DNA of 64,000 nucleotides from Escherichia coli (GTDB lineage Bacteria; Pseudomonadota; Gammaproteobacteria; Enterobacterales; Enterobacteriaceae): NCBI RefSeq assembly GCF_003334785.1, contig NZ_QOWV01000015.1; one strand, 5' to 3'. Shown piece by piece: positions 53,039 to 64,000 of this stretch (position 1 is its first letter; each line of letters starts with the position of its first letter). The notes under the pieces were generated by a model. It saw only the letters and a program-made list of their open reading frames with translations, ran no database searches and was not told where the DNA came from. The position numbers and the translations under genes were made by a program.

Positions 53039-53848
53039 ATGTCTTTTTCCTGTCCACTTTGCCATCAGCCTCTTTCGCGTGAAAAAAACAGCTATATCTG
53101 TCCCCAGCGACATCAGTTTGATATGGCGAAAGAAGGGTATGTCAATCTGCTGCCCGTTCAGCATAAACGGTCTCGTGATCCGGGCGACAGCGCGGAAATG
53201 ATGCAAGCACGCCGCGCATTCTTAGATGCCGGACATTATCAGCCGCTGCGTGATGCAATTGTCGCCCAACTGAGGGAACGGCTTGATGATAAGGCCACGG
53301 CGGTGCTGGATATTGGCTGTGGTGAAGGGTATTACACACACGCATTTGCCGATGCGTTGCCCGAAATCACCACGTTTGGTCTGGATGTTTCGAAGGTAGC
53401 GATAAAAGCGGCGGCGAAACGCTATCCGCAGGTCACTTTTTGTGTCGCTTCCAGCCACCGTTTGCCGTTTTCCGATACCAGTATGGACGCCATAATACGT
53501 ATTTACGCGCCGTGTAAAGCAGAAGAATTAGCACGAGTAGTGAAGCCCGGCGGCTGGGTCATTACTGCCACGCCGGGACCGCGACATTTGATGGAGCTGA
53601 AGGGGCTGATTTACAATGAAGTACATCTTCATGCACCTCATGCAGAACAACTGGAAGGTTTTACATTACAGCAGAGTGCGGAGTTGTGTTATCCGATGCG
53701 TCTTCGCGGTGATGAAGCCGTCGCATTATTGCAGATGACGCCGTTTGCCTGGCGTGCGAAGCCAGAAGTCTGGCAAACACTGGCAGCAAAAGAAGTGTTC
53801 GACTGCCAGACGGACTTTAATATTCACCTCTGGCAGCGTTCTTATTAA
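53039..53848 (+). CDS. rlmA: 23S rRNA m1G745 methyltransferase
   Basis: 269-aa ORF with N-terminal zinc-ribbon CPLCHQ...CPQRH and SAM-MTase motif [10 protein letters not shown]. Confidence 0.9.
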
Positions 53849-54411
53849 CCGTGGAAGTGCGTCCAGAGGATCTGGACGCCGATGCCGATCAGCACCAGCC
53901 CGCCGAGAATTTCCGCTTTTTTCCCAATAATTGAGCCGATAAAGCGACCAACCATCATCCCTAATGTTGACATAATCAAGGTTGCACAACCAATGGCCAA
54001 TGCGGTCGCGATAATGTTGACCTGCAGGAAAGCAAGACCAACACCCACAGCCATGGCATCCAGGCTGGTGGCAATCGCGGTGGTTACCAGTAGCCAGAAA
54101 CCGTGTCGACGGCGCGGCTCTTCATCTTCATCATCTGCGCCACGAAAACCCTCAATAATCATTCGCCCGCCGAGGAATATCAGCAGCACAAACGCAATCC
54201 AGTGGTTCCATTCAAGGACAAACCGGCTGGCTAACATGCCCATTCCCCAGCCGATCAGCGGCGTCAGGGTTTCGACGGCACCAAAAATAAGGCCGGTTCG
54301 CAATGCTTCAGAAAATTTCGGTTTATGGAGGGTGGCACCTTTACCGATTGATGCAGCAAATGCATCCATCGACATACCAAACGCAAGAAGAACAGTAGCA
54401 GTGATATTCAT
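53845..54411 (-). CDS. mntP: manganese efflux pump MntP
   Basis: Trimmed to [25 protein letters not shown]..., 188 aa; 4-bp overlap with rlmA stop (convergent). Confidence 0.85.
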
Positions 54412-54650
54412 GACAATGTCCTGACCGGGGTATCCATAAAACACATCATCGCCCCCAGCAAACATGCATACATGAACAACAAGCCGTGATGGTTTTCGCG
54501 TTCATGCAGGCATAGCGATTGATGTGCATATGGTCTCGCCTGACTGAAAGTATTCAGTCCGTACGTGCCACGTTTTGCAACGAGTATGTTGACACGTACA
54601 TTTCCGGAATCTGGAAATCGGCTACTCCCCAAATGAGGGCGCAACCTTAA
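54412..54650 (-). promoter_or_regulatory. yybP-ykoY-family Mn(II) riboswitch in mntP 5' leader
   Basis: Minus-strand leader contains UUGGGGAGUAGCC (reverse complement of ggctactcccca at about 54632-54643), the conserved 5' core; known for E. coli mntP; boundaries approximate. Confidence 0.6.
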
Positions 54651-54839
54651 CATATTTTGAGAATATAAAACAACTGTTGGAATATATTATTTCATTGCTT
54701 TATTGATAACGATTTACATTTAGATTTATATATCAATGAAACGTTAAAATAAATAACAAATAAGGGAAGAGGTAATATAGCCTAAGCTATGTCTGATTAT
54801 TAAAAATACACTAAACATAGCTTTGGCTAAATTCATAAC

Positions 54840-55298
54840 TTATTGAGTTGAAACGAGAAGCTTATAAATTTTTTCCAGATCGTCGATATTTCGAACGCGG
54901 ATTAACAGCCGACGCTGTTCTAATTGCATCACCAACACGCCATCTTCCGACAAGTTCATCGCTTTGATTCGGCTATATTCAATCCAGACATTGGCGAAGA
55001 AAAAACCTTTTTGTTTAAAGATGATCTTCGGAACGCGGATCCAGAATATATAAAAACCCATCAGAGCCAGTGCGCTTAATAACCATGTCGTTATTAACGC
55101 ACCATGATTCGTGACGTTGTTATAGATAAGAATGACAATCAATCCGACGAAGATAACGCTATCGATGCGACCACGCCGGAGCAAAGGAATTGCCAGCAGG
55201 GTGGGGCCATTACGGCGGGGCATGATGAACTGATCGTAGATCGCGAAGGCCAGGAGTGCGGCGATGAAAAGAATCAGTACCAGGTCCGTGATTGTCAT
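54840..55298 (-). CDS. yobD: YobD, DUF986 inner membrane protein
   Basis: 152-aa hydrophobic [27 protein letters not shown]... Confidence 0.8.
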
Positions 55299-55309
55299 TA
55301 ATCCTCCAG

Positions 55310-55338
55310 ATAAAAAAACGGGGCCAAAAGGCCCCGGT
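55310..55338 (-). terminator. intrinsic terminator after manZ
   Basis: Minus strand: ccggggccttttggccccg hairpin followed by T7 run. Confidence 0.75.
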
Positions 55339-55352
55339 AGTGTACAACAGTC

Positions 55353-56213
55353 TTACAGTCCCAGCAGGCCGCAAGCGTAACCAGCGATACCGATGACGAA
55401 GAAGCCAACGATGATCCACAGCGGGTTAACTTTTTTGCGCAGTAGCCACATACAAGCAAAGGTCAGCAGCAGTGGTACCAGGCCTGGCATTAACTGGTCC
55501 AGAATAGTCTGGACAGTAGTAACGTGTTCTTTGCCCGTCTGGTCAGTAATGCGAGAGACAACCAGCGGGATGTTGACATGTGTCCACTTGTTAACCAATG
55601 CCCCCATGACAAACAGGCCGAGGATAGACGCCCCTTCCGTCAGTTTTTGCAGGAAGCCACCACCCATATCTTTAACGATATCGATACCTTTGGAGTAACC
55701 ATACGCTACGCCGTAGTAACGGGTTGCCAGACGCACCAGGTTAAACAGGATGAAGAACAGCAGCGGACCTAACAGGCTGCCGCTCATCGCGATACCGGCA
55801 CCCAGTGCTGCAAATACCGGACGTACGGTTCCCCAGAAGATCGGGTCGCCTACACCAGCCAGTGGCCCCATCAAACCGACTTTGATACCGTTGATAGCAC
55901 CGTCGTCGATCTCTGCGCCATTAGCACGCTGTTCTTCCAGCGCCAGGGTTACGCCGAGAATCGGCGCAGCCACGAACGGCTGGGTGTTAAAGAACTCCAG
56001 GTGACGGCGAATAGCTTGTTTACGAGCTTCGTTGTTCTCAGGGTAGAGGCGACGAATTGCCGGTACCATAGAGAAGCAGAAACCCAGTGCCTGCATACGT
56101 TCGAAGTTCCATGAACCCTGGAAGAGGTTAGAACGCAGGAAGACGCCACGAATATCACTTTGAGTGAGTTTTTTCTCGGTGGTAGTTTGAGTTGTATCAA
56201 CCATTTCGCTCAC
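55353..56213 (-). CDS. manZ: mannose PTS EIID component
   Basis: 286-aa ORF MSEMVDTTQTTTEKKLTQSDIRGVFLRSN... Confidence 0.95.
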   Translation of the reverse strand: MSEMVDTTQTTTEKKLTQSDIRGVFLRSNLFQGSWNFERMQALGFCFSMVPAIRRLYPENNEARKQAIRRHLEFFNTQPFVAAPILGVTLALEEQRANGAEIDDGAINGIKVGLMGPLAGVGDPIFWGTVRPVFAALGAGIAMSGSLLGPLLFFILFNLVRLATRYYGVAYGYSKGIDIVKDMGGGFLQKLTEGASILGLFVMGALVNKWTHVNIPLVVSRITDQTGKEHVTTVQTILDQLMPGLVPLLLTFACMWLLRKKVNPLWIIVGFFVIGIAGYACGLLGL

Positions 56214-56216
56214 CTG

Positions 56217-57017
56217 TTAGTCCAGTTCGTTATCGAGATCGTTGTTACCAGCTGCCTGAGCAGGCGCACCGGCTACGCGGTTGTATTTCGGGCTAAGTTG
56301 GATGTAGAGCACTGCCATAACAGTACCAATCACACCCAGAGCAACCAGGTTAAAGTTGGTGAATGCTGCGGTTACGAAGCCGAGGTAGAAGAACGGCATC
56401 AGGTAGCCAGCACGCATCATGTTGATAACCATCGCATAACCAACCACCACGATCATGCCACCGGCGATATTCAGACCATTGGTCACCACTTCCGGAATCG
56501 CATTCAGCATGTTCTGTACTTCGCTGGTACCAACAGACAGCGCAACGATGACGGCCGGAATAGCCACACGCATTGCTTGCAGGAACAGAGAAGAAACGTG
56601 GATCCAGGAAATCGCTGTCAGGTTGCCGTTATCAGCAGCCTTATCCGCAGCGTGCTGGAAAGCAACGGTAATAGTACGAACGATGATGGTCAGTACCTGG
56701 CCCGCAGCGGCCAGAGGGATTGCCAGTGCGATACCTGCACCAATGCTCTGATGACCTGCGATAACCAGAATGGTAGAAATGATAGAAGCCAGAGCGGCGT
56801 CAGGCGCAACTGCAGCACCGATGTTCATCCAGCCCAGCGCGATCATTTCCAGCGTACCACCGATAATAATACCGGTTTTCATATCCCCAAGAACGATACC
56901 CACCAGGGTACACGCGATTAGCGGACGGTGAAACTGAAATTCATCGAGGATTGATCCCATACCTGCGATACAGGCTACGATAAATACCAGCACAATTTGA
57001 AGAGTGGTAATCTCCAT
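56217..57017 (-). CDS. manY: mannose PTS EIIC component
   Basis: 266-aa polytopic ORF MEITTLQIVLVFIVACIAGMGSILDEFQ... Confidence 0.95.
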   Translation of the reverse strand: MEITTLQIVLVFIVACIAGMGSILDEFQFHRPLIACTLVGIVLGDMKTGIIIGGTLEMIALGWMNIGAAVAPDAALASIISTILVIAGHQSIGAGIALAIPLAAAGQVLTIIVRTITVAFQHAADKAADNGNLTAISWIHVSSLFLQAMRVAIPAVIVALSVGTSEVQNMLNAIPEVVTNGLNIAGGMIVVVGYAMVINMMRAGYLMPFFYLGFVTAAFTNFNLVALGVIGTVMAVLYIQLSPKYNRVAGAPAQAAGNNDLDNELD

Positions 57018-57079
57018 TGTACTTCTCCTGTTTACGTAAGACTTAAGTGTGAAAACTGAGTGATAATCAACACAATACG

Positions 57080-58051
57080 TTACTTATCGATTTTGCTGAT
57101 CAGATCCATCATTTTCAGTTTCGGATCGGTGGAAACCTTACGGACTTCCAGCTCAATACCGCGCGCATTCAGTTTCTTGAACGCCTCGATATCTTTTTCA
57201 TCAACCGAAACCGCGTTATTCACCTGGGTTTTACCCTGACGGAATGCCATACCACCGACGTTAACAGAGGTGATTTTCACGCCGCCTTCAACGAGACGCT
57301 CTACATCTGTTGGGTTGGTAAATAACAGCATTACGCGTTCGCCAGCATATTTCGGGTTGTTGTAGACGCGAATCATTTTGGCAACATCAACTACGTGTGC
57401 TGTTACGCCCGGAGGTGCAACCTGGGTGAGCAGTGTCTTACGAACGGTATCCGCAGCCACTTCATCACTAACAACAATAATACGGGAGACATTGGTTTCT
57501 TTGGTCCAGCGGGTGGCGACCTGACCGTGAATCAGACGGTCGTCGATACGCGCAAGGCCAATAACCATGTAGTCGTTTGGCCCCATTGGTTTTGCCGGAG
57601 TTGGAGCCGCTTTTGGTGCTGCGGCAGCGGGTGCTGGCGCGGCTTTTTCAACCGGTTTGGCTTTCAGTGCTTTCACGCCTTCACGGCCTGTTTCTACTGC
57701 CAGTGCCACCAGTTCATCAAAGCTTGGGTCATCATCACGGGCCATTAACGTTTCCACGAGCATTGGAATGTTAACGCCTGCAATGACTTCATAATGCTCT
57801 TTGTCGACGACAATGCGGCTGGCAGCATTGAACGGGCTGCCTCCCCATGTATCAACGAGAAACAGCACGCCTTTAGTGGTGTCGAGTTTTGCCAACTGAG
57901 CGTTGTACTTTTCAATCAGCGTTTCGGCATTTTCACCTGGAACGAAATCGATCCAGCCGACGTTTTCCTGCTCGCCTAACAGCATTTCTGCCGTTTTAAG
58001 CAACTGCTCTGCAGCCCAACCATGTGTGCCTATAACAATAGCAATGGTCAC
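57080..58051 (-). CDS. manX: mannose PTS EIIAB component
   Basis: 323-aa ORF MTIAIVIGTHGWAAEQLLKTAEMLLGEQ... with Ala/Pro-rich hinge. Confidence 0.95.
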   Translation of the reverse strand: MTIAIVIGTHGWAAEQLLKTAEMLLGEQENVGWIDFVPGENAETLIEKYNAQLAKLDTTKGVLFLVDTWGGSPFNAASRIVVDKEHYEVIAGVNIPMLVETLMARDDDPSFDELVALAVETGREGVKALKAKPVEKAAPAPAAAAPKAAPTPAKPMGPNDYMVIGLARIDDRLIHGQVATRWTKETNVSRIIVVSDEVAADTVRKTLLTQVAPPGVTAHVVDVAKMIRVYNNPKYAGERVMLLFTNPTDVERLVEGGVKITSVNVGGMAFRQGKTQVNNAVSVDEKDIEAFKKLNARGIELEVRKVSTDPKLKMMDLISKIDK

Positions 58052-58099
58052 TTGCTACCTCCTTTATTATCGTTAACACCTCAACGTGCCAGATGTATT

Positions 58100-58260
58100 T
58101 TTGAATCGTCGTCCACAATCGAATCGATTCAGATAAGGGCTACAACCAAAAACCCCTGCGTTTCGCGATTTATTTTAGATATCGAAAAAATTATTTTATG
58201 TGATGAAGATCCGTAATTTAACTTTCGATTAGCAGAAATTTCGAAAGGTAAAATATCCTT
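58100..58260 (-). promoter_or_regulatory. manXYZ promoter region with candidate Mlc/CRP operator sequences
   Basis: AT-rich ttattttagatatcgaaaaaattattttatgtgatgaagatccgt upstream of manX; resembles Mlc operator and a CRP half-site TGTGA; not verified. Confidence 0.35.
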
Positions 58261-58513
58261 GTCACATTCGTTTGCAAAGGAAGGTAAATCTTTGCCAAAT
58301 CAGAGGCGTCTCTGATATGTTTAACTCCCGTTTAACAACCATGGAGTATAGGGCAGTAGCCCGCAGTATGGATCGTCACCGACGTCATTTCAGCATCAGG
58401 CCTTTTAACGCCTGCCTTTCTGGCACTCTATGCCGCACCTTTCGTTTGCATTTTGTCGTTACGCCTGCATTATTTCTGGCGTCGAATAGCTATTCCTTAA
58501 GCAGGAGCTTGTC

Positions 58514-60070
58514 ATGGAATTCTTAATGGACCCCTCAATTTGGGCGGGGCTACTCACGCTTGTTGTTCTCGAAATTGTGCTGGGTATCGATAACCTGGTC
58601 TTCATCGCCATTCTTGCTGACAAACTGCCGCCAAAACAACGCGATAAAGCGCGTTTGCTGGGGTTATCACTGGCGCTGATTATGCGTCTGGGGCTGCTGT
58701 CGCTGATTTCATGGATGGTCACGCTGACCAAACCGCTATTTACCGTCATGGATTTCTCCTTCTCCGGACGCGACCTGATTATGTTGTTCGGGGGGATATT
58801 CTTGCTGTTCAAAGCAACAACCGAACTGCATGAACGGCTGGAAAACCGCGATCATGATTCCGGCCACGGTAAAGGCTACGCCAGTTTCTGGGTGGTCGTC
58901 ACACAGATTGTCATCCTTGACGCCGTCTTCTCGTTGGATGCGGTAATTACTGCAGTAGGGATGGTTAACCATCTGCCGGTGATGATGGCGGCGGTAGTGA
59001 TTGCGATGGCGGTTATGTTGCTGGCATCCAAACCGCTGACGCGATTCGTTAACCAGCACCCCACGGTGGTGGTGCTCTGTCTGAGCTTCCTGTTAATGAT
59101 TGGTCTGAGTCTGGTGGCAGAAGGTTTCGGTTTCCACATTCCGAAAGGTTACCTGTATGCCGCGATTGGCTTCTCGATCATCATCGAAGTGTTTAACCAG
59201 ATTGCGCGTCGCAACTTTATTCGCCACCAGTCGACTTTGCCGCTGCGAGCGCGTACTGCCGATGCCATCCTGCGTTTGATGGGCGGGAAACGTCAGGCCA
59301 ATGTTCAGCACGATGCCGATAACCCGATGCCGATGCCGATCCCGGAAGGTGCATTTGCCGAAGAAGAACGTTACATGATTAACGGCGTACTGACGCTGGC
59401 GTCGCGTTCTCTGCGCGGGATCATGACGCCGCGCGGTGAAATAAGCTGGGTTGACGCTAATCTCGGGGTCGATGAAATCCGCGAGCAACTGCTCTCTTCA
59501 CCGCACAGTCTGTTCCCGGTATGTCGCGGTGAACTGGATGAAATCATCGGTATTGTACGTGCTAAAGAACTGCTGGTGGCGCTGGAAGAGGGCGTTGATG
59601 TGGCGGCGATTGCTTCGGCGTCTCCGGCGATTATCGTCCCGGAAACCCTCGATCCGATCAACCTGTTGGGCGTGCTGCGTCGTGCTCGCGGGAGCTTTGT
59701 TATCGTGACCAACGAGTTTGGTGTGGTACAAGGTCTGGTCACGCCGCTGGATGTGCTGGAAGCCATTGCGGGTGAATTCCCGGACGCTGACGAAACGCCG
59801 GAAATCATTACTGATGGTGACGGCTGGCTGGTAAAAGGCGGTACAGATTTGCATGCCTTGCAGCAGGCGCTTGATGTTGAGCACCTTGCCGATGACGATG
59901 ATATCGCGACGGTCGCGGGCCTCGTGATCTCGGCAAATGGTCACATTCCCCGTGTGGGCGATGTGATTGATGTAGGGCCACTGCATATCACCATCATTGA
60001 AGCCAATGATTATCGTGTTGATCTGGTTCGCATTGTTAAAGAGCAACCGGCGCACGATGAAGATGAGTAA
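58514..60070 (+). CDS. yoaE: YoaE, TerC-family membrane protein with C-terminal CBS/CorC domains
   Basis: 518-aa [38 protein letters not shown]... (TerC motif) plus CBS pair. Confidence 0.85.
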
Positions 60071-60073
60071 GCG

Positions 60074-61672
60074 TTAACGTAACGGCATAATGGGCGTGAT
60101 ATGTCCATTATGCCGGGCGGGCGGCGGTTGGCTGCCCGCCAGCCATTTGGGAAAATCACGTAGCGGCATCGGCTGTGCGTACAAATACCCTTGCAAAATA
60201 TGCACGCCATGACGGCGCAAATACTTCGCCTGTTCTTGCGTTTCCACGCCCTCCGCCACCAGTTCAATATTCAGTCTTTGCCCCAGCGCGATGATGATAT
60301 CGGTCACCGTCGAGTTAACCGCGTCAGAACCTATAGCTGCGGTAAATGACTTATCAATTTTCAGCACGTCAGGACGTAATGTTTCAAGCCAGGAAAACGA
60401 GCTGTTGCCGGTGCCGAAGTCATCAATCGCCAGTTTGACGTTTTTACGATGCAGCTCGCGGGCAATCCGATAATCAACATCCAGTAAGGCATCGCGTTCG
60501 GTGATTTCGAGGATCAGTTGCTGAATCGGGTGAGCGCTAAACCAGTACTGATTGAGATCTTTTATCAGCACACCACGGCGAAAATGGCTGGGTGCGACGT
60601 TAATGCCAACATGAAACTGACTACTCATCGGGAAAACATGGCGCTGACGAATGGTTTCTGCCATCACATAGCGGGTCAGTGGCACAATTAAATGATGTTC
60701 TTCCGCGATAGGAATAAACACATCCGGTGAAATCCAGCCCTGACGCGGATTGTTCCAGCGCAGCAAAATCTCTACACCAATACATTGCTGGCTGCGCGCA
60801 TTAAGCAAAGGCTGACAGAACAATTCGAACTCATGTTGCGCCAGGCCCAGATTGATTTCGCGGGAAAAGCTCATTCGGTAAGCGGTCGCCAGCCAGGCGA
60901 TGTAGCCCACCAGTAAACTTAGCAGCACCGCCAGCGGTAATTGTGTTGGAAGATAGTGCCATGCCAGCGCCGTAGCCCCCGGACCATTAACGTTAATGGT
61001 AAAAGGAAAGCGTTGCGAAGAAACCTGATAGTTTTCATTGTCTTCAGGTTGCGGAAGGGAATCTACCAGCCCATTACCATAGAGCAAATGCCGTTTGTCC
61101 ACCGTCAGGCTGGCGCTACTGATTTGCGGCAGTTGTGGCTCAAGCAGCATTGCCGTCAGTAAGTCGATGTTAATCATCTCCATGACCCCAGCATTGCTAC
61201 TGCCCGCTGCAGGCGTCCATTGAATCAAAACCGGACTGCCTTTAATCAGGGCACGGTCGATCGTCAGGCGTAAAAGTGGTTGCGGTGCAGGAAGTTCAGC
61301 CAGAATGTCCACGACGGGCACATTGCGATAACCAAAAATGCTGGAGCAATAAAGTGTGCCGTCTTGCACCAGGCCAATGGATCGCACAGTTTGGAGTTTT
61401 GCCGCCTGTTTACGTAATGGCAAATGGGCGACAGAGCAGGGCAGACCAATCAGCGGAAGCAAGACTTCGCTACCTGCCTGTAGGGGAAGCAGTACTTTAT
61501 CTAATTCCTCTACAGCGTGATTGGCGAATTGTACTACCCGTTGTTGATTTAAGTTACGCTGTGAAATAAATCGCACGCTCAGGGTCGAAGCGAGCGTAAC
61601 GAGTGCGCAAATCGTACAAACAATCATTCGATTACGACGATAGGTTTTAATGATCCGTTGTGCTTTTTGCAT
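60074..61672 (-). CDS. pdeD: PdeD (YoaD), membrane c-di-GMP phosphodiesterase (CSS-motif sensor + EAL)
   Basis: Trimmed to MQKAQRIIKTYRRNRMIVCTICALV..., 532 aa; EAL-domain motifs. Confidence 0.85.
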   Translation of the reverse strand: MQKAQRIIKTYRRNRMIVCTICALVTLASTLSVRFISQRNLNQQRVVQFANHAVEELDKVLLPLQAGSEVLLPLIGLPCSVAHLPLRKQAAKLQTVRSIGLVQDGTLYCSSIFGYRNVPVVDILAELPAPQPLLRLTIDRALIKGSPVLIQWTPAAGSSNAGVMEMINIDLLTAMLLEPQLPQISSASLTVDKRHLLYGNGLVDSLPQPEDNENYQVSSQRFPFTINVNGPGATALAWHYLPTQLPLAVLLSLLVGYIAWLATAYRMSFSREINLGLAQHEFELFCQPLLNARSQQCIGVEILLRWNNPRQGWISPDVFIPIAEEHHLIVPLTRYVMAETIRQRHVFPMSSQFHVGINVAPSHFRRGVLIKDLNQYWFSAHPIQQLILEITERDALLDVDYRIARELHRKNVKLAIDDFGTGNSSFSWLETLRPDVLKIDKSFTAAIGSDAVNSTVTDIIIALGQRLNIELVAEGVETQEQAKYLRRHGVHILQGYLYAQPMPLRDFPKWLAGSQPPPARHNGHITPIMPLR

Positions 61673-61802
61673 GCGGGCCACCCTGTAAGCGTATGGCGAC
61701 AAACGCCTGACGCAACAGTGGAAGTGTAGTGGGGAATATTACAGCAGACGAGAAAGCGGGTATAAATTCGCCCATCCGTTGCAGATGGGCGAGTAAGAAG
61801 TA

Positions 61803-63167
61803 TTAGTCACACTGGACTTTGATTGCCAGACCACCGCGTGAGGTTTCGCGGTATTTGGCGTTCATGTCCTTACCGGTTTCGTACATCGTTTCGATGACCT
61901 TATCCAGCGAGACGCGCGGTGCACTGGTGCGGCGCAGAGCCATCCGCGCGGCGTTAATCGCCTTCACAGAGGCAATGGCATTACGCTCAATGCACGGCAC
62001 CTGAACCTGCCCTGCAACCGGGTCGCAGGTTAAACCAAGGTTGTGTTCCATGCCAATTTCCGCCGCCACGCAAACCTGTTCCGGGCTACCGCCCAGCAGT
62101 TCTGCAAGACCCGCAGCAGCCATTGAACAGGCAACACCCACTTCGCCCTGGCAACCAACTTCCGCACCGGAAATAGAGGCGTTCATTTTATACAATGCAC
62201 CAATCGCGCCCGCTGCCATAAAGTAACGGGTATAGATGTCCGGGCTGACCGATTCAATAAAGTGGTCATAGTAAGCCAGCACTGCCGGAACGATACCGCA
62301 GGCACCGTTGGTTGGCGCAGTTACCACACGACCACCGGCGGCGTTTTCTTCGTTAACTGCCAGCGCAAACATGTTTACCCAGTCAATGACATTCATCGGA
62401 TCGTTAGACAGTTTATCGCTGGAAACCAGCATCCGGCGCAGGGCAGACGCACGACGTGGCACGCGCAGCGGGCCTGGCAGTACACCTTCGGTGTTCATCC
62501 CGCGATCGATACATGCCTGCATGGTTTGCCAGACATGCGCGAAATACTCGTCGATCTCTTTCTTGCTGTGCAGCGCCAGTTCGTTCTGCATAGCGAGACC
62601 AGACAGCGAATAGCCGGTTTCATTACAGTACGCGAGCAGTTCGGTGGCAGATTTGAACGGATACGGCACGCTTACTTCGTTGGCAGCATCCTGACCAAAG
62701 TGTTCTTCATCGACGATAAAACCGCCGCCGATGGAATAATAAGTTTTGCTGTAGACGACTTCATCGCCGTTATAGGCGTGGATTTGCATACCGTTTTCAT
62801 GCAGCGGCAGGTTGCCGTTATGAAAACGCATCCCGTTGTCGCGCGGGAAATCCACTTCATGCCGTCCCTGTGCCAGCAGCAGACGTTCGCGCTCTTCTAC
62901 GTCGCGAATAAAACCGGGAATACTGTCGATATCCACGGTGGCAGGTTCGTTACCTGCAAGACCCATAATAATGGCGATATCGGTGTGGTGGCCTTTACCC
63001 GTCAGCGACAGTGAACCATAAACGTCCACGGCAACGCGAGTAACGCTATCCAGTAAGCCTTTTTCGACCAGATCATCGACGAACTGTTTACCTGCCTTCA
63101 TAGGCCCTACGGTATGGGAAGATGAGGGACCAATCCCCACCTTAAACATGTCGAATAGACTAATCAC
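61803..63167 (-). CDS. sdaA: L-serine dehydratase 1 (Fe-S)
   Basis: 454-aa [32 protein letters not shown]... Confidence 0.95.
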   Translation of the reverse strand: MISLFDMFKVGIGPSSSHTVGPMKAGKQFVDDLVEKGLLDSVTRVAVDVYGSLSLTGKGHHTDIAIIMGLAGNEPATVDIDSIPGFIRDVEERERLLLAQGRHEVDFPRDNGMRFHNGNLPLHENGMQIHAYNGDEVVYSKTYYSIGGGFIVDEEHFGQDAANEVSVPYPFKSATELLAYCNETGYSLSGLAMQNELALHSKKEIDEYFAHVWQTMQACIDRGMNTEGVLPGPLRVPRRASALRRMLVSSDKLSNDPMNVIDWVNMFALAVNEENAAGGRVVTAPTNGACGIVPAVLAYYDHFIESVSPDIYTRYFMAAGAIGALYKMNASISGAEVGCQGEVGVACSMAAAGLAELLGGSPEQVCVAAEIGMEHNLGLTCDPVAGQVQVPCIERNAIASVKAINAARMALRRTSAPRVSLDKVIETMYETGKDMNAKYRETSRGGLAIKVQCD

Positions 63168-63350
63168 GATAATACTCCTGACAAGGTGACTGGACTTCCA
63201 GTAACGAACTAATAACAGCGCATAGTGTAAGAGGGAACGCGGCGACTGGCTTAACTATTCACATGAATTAAACTAATCAAAAACCGCGATTTAACTAATA
63301 TTGCGATGATTGTCTCAAGTAGTGTTTTGTAGATGTAAAGATAAGTATAG

Positions 63351-63929
63351 TCAGGGTTTCACACCAATTTGCAGCGCCAGCTCACGAATTATGCCTGCGG
63401 TCATTCCCCATACAAAATACTGTTCGTACCAGGACAGCCATACCCGATGTGAATCACCACGGCGGTAGATATCTAAAGGGTGATAACGACCCAGATGTAA
63501 TGCCTGGGCGAGCGGCATTTCAAACACCGCCGAGACTTCATCTTCACTGGCGCGATACGGCAGATCGGGCGGGATAATGCCGACCACTGGGGTTACCTGG
63601 TAGCCAGTGACGCTATCGACGGGCGGCAGCACGCCGATAACTTCAACGGCGGAAGGCGGTATAGCGACCTCTTCTTCAGCTTCGCGCAGCGCGGCGGCGA
63701 TAGCTGATGCGTCCGTGTCATCGACTGCACCTCCAGGGAATGCCACTTGTCCAGCGTGTTTACGCAGATGAATCGAACGCTGAGTCAGCAACAATCCCGG
63801 TTGCGGTCGACGGACGATGGGGATTAACACAGCAGCCTGACGATGATTTAGGGTTTCCCGGTTAATTTGCGGGCGCAAAAGTTGAAAGCGCGATAAAAAA
63901 TCATCAAGCGTCAGGCTACGGTATTCCAC
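63351..63929 (-). CDS. nudL: NudL (YeaB), CoA pyrophosphohydrolase-like Nudix protein
   Basis: 192-aa ORF with Nudix box [23 protein letters not shown]. Confidence 0.85.
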
Positions 63930-63932
63930 GTC

Positions 63933-64000
63933 TTACTTCTCCAGTTGCTTCAGGATACGATTAACTTTATCAAAAGTTTCCTGATATTCCGCTTCTTCCT
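63933..64000 (-). CDS. pabB: aminodeoxychorismate synthase component I, C-terminal fragment (runs off window)
   Basis: Reverse complement ends ...EYQETFDKVNRILKQLEK-stop; 3 bp upstream of nudL start. Confidence 0.7.
   Translation of the reverse strand, partial: EEAEYQETFDKVNRILKQLEK

Noticed and set aside
52622-53206. 194-aa minus-strand ORF spanning cspC, its terminator and the rlmA start
   Set aside because: Crosses an intrinsic terminator and two well-supported plus-strand genes; artefact.
54408-54653. 81-aa minus-strand ORF upstream of mntP
   Set aside because: Coincides with the riboswitch leader; no RBS or conservation evident; judged a non-coding leader.
58100-58260. Confident call of specific Mlc and CRP operators in the manX promoter
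   Set aside because: Only partial consensus matches could be read by eye (one TGTGA half-site); kept as a low-confidence regulatory region rather than exact site calls.
62262-63014. 250-aa plus-strand ORF antisense to sdaA
   Set aside because: Embedded in sdaA on the opposite strand; no family features; treated as a frame artefact. The same applies to antisense ORFs 56160-56921 (manY), 47697-48350 (htpX), 31443-32126 (ptrB), 30572-31174 (yebE) and 59498-60055 (yoaE).

Overview
This window is ordinary, well-characterised Escherichia coli K-12-type core chromosome; I found no convincing evidence of a novel or undescribed system. Gene content and order match the yecM-cutC-torYZ-cmoBA-yecNED-aspS-nudB-yebC-ruvC-yebB-ruvAB-znuBCA-mepM-lpxM-pykA-hexR-zwf-edd-eda-purT-yebGFE-ptrB-exoX-yobB-holE-yobA-yebZY-pphA-yebWV-rsmF-letBA-msrC-proQ-prc-htpX-yebQ-kdgR-yobH-mgrB-yebO-yobF-cspC-rlmA-mntP-yobD-manZYX-yoaE-pdeD-sdaA-nudL-pabB segment. 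All identifications are by recognising the translated ORFs and their synteny from memory; no database search was run. There is no integrase, tRNA, IS element, CRISPR array or prophage gene. The one real anomaly is an in-frame amber codon inside torZ at 3495-3497. Other points worth a second look are known non-coding elements the ORF track cannot show (SdsR/RyeA sRNA pair, mntP Mn riboswitch, REP/BIME clusters, LexA and Zur operators), two small proteins missed by the track (mgrB, yobF), an AT-rich yebB locus inside the ruv region, and a speculative structured leader upstream of yoaE. Many ORF-track starts are upstream in-frame extensions; I give the trimmed starts. Start codons, sRNA ends and regulatory-site boundaries are approximate.
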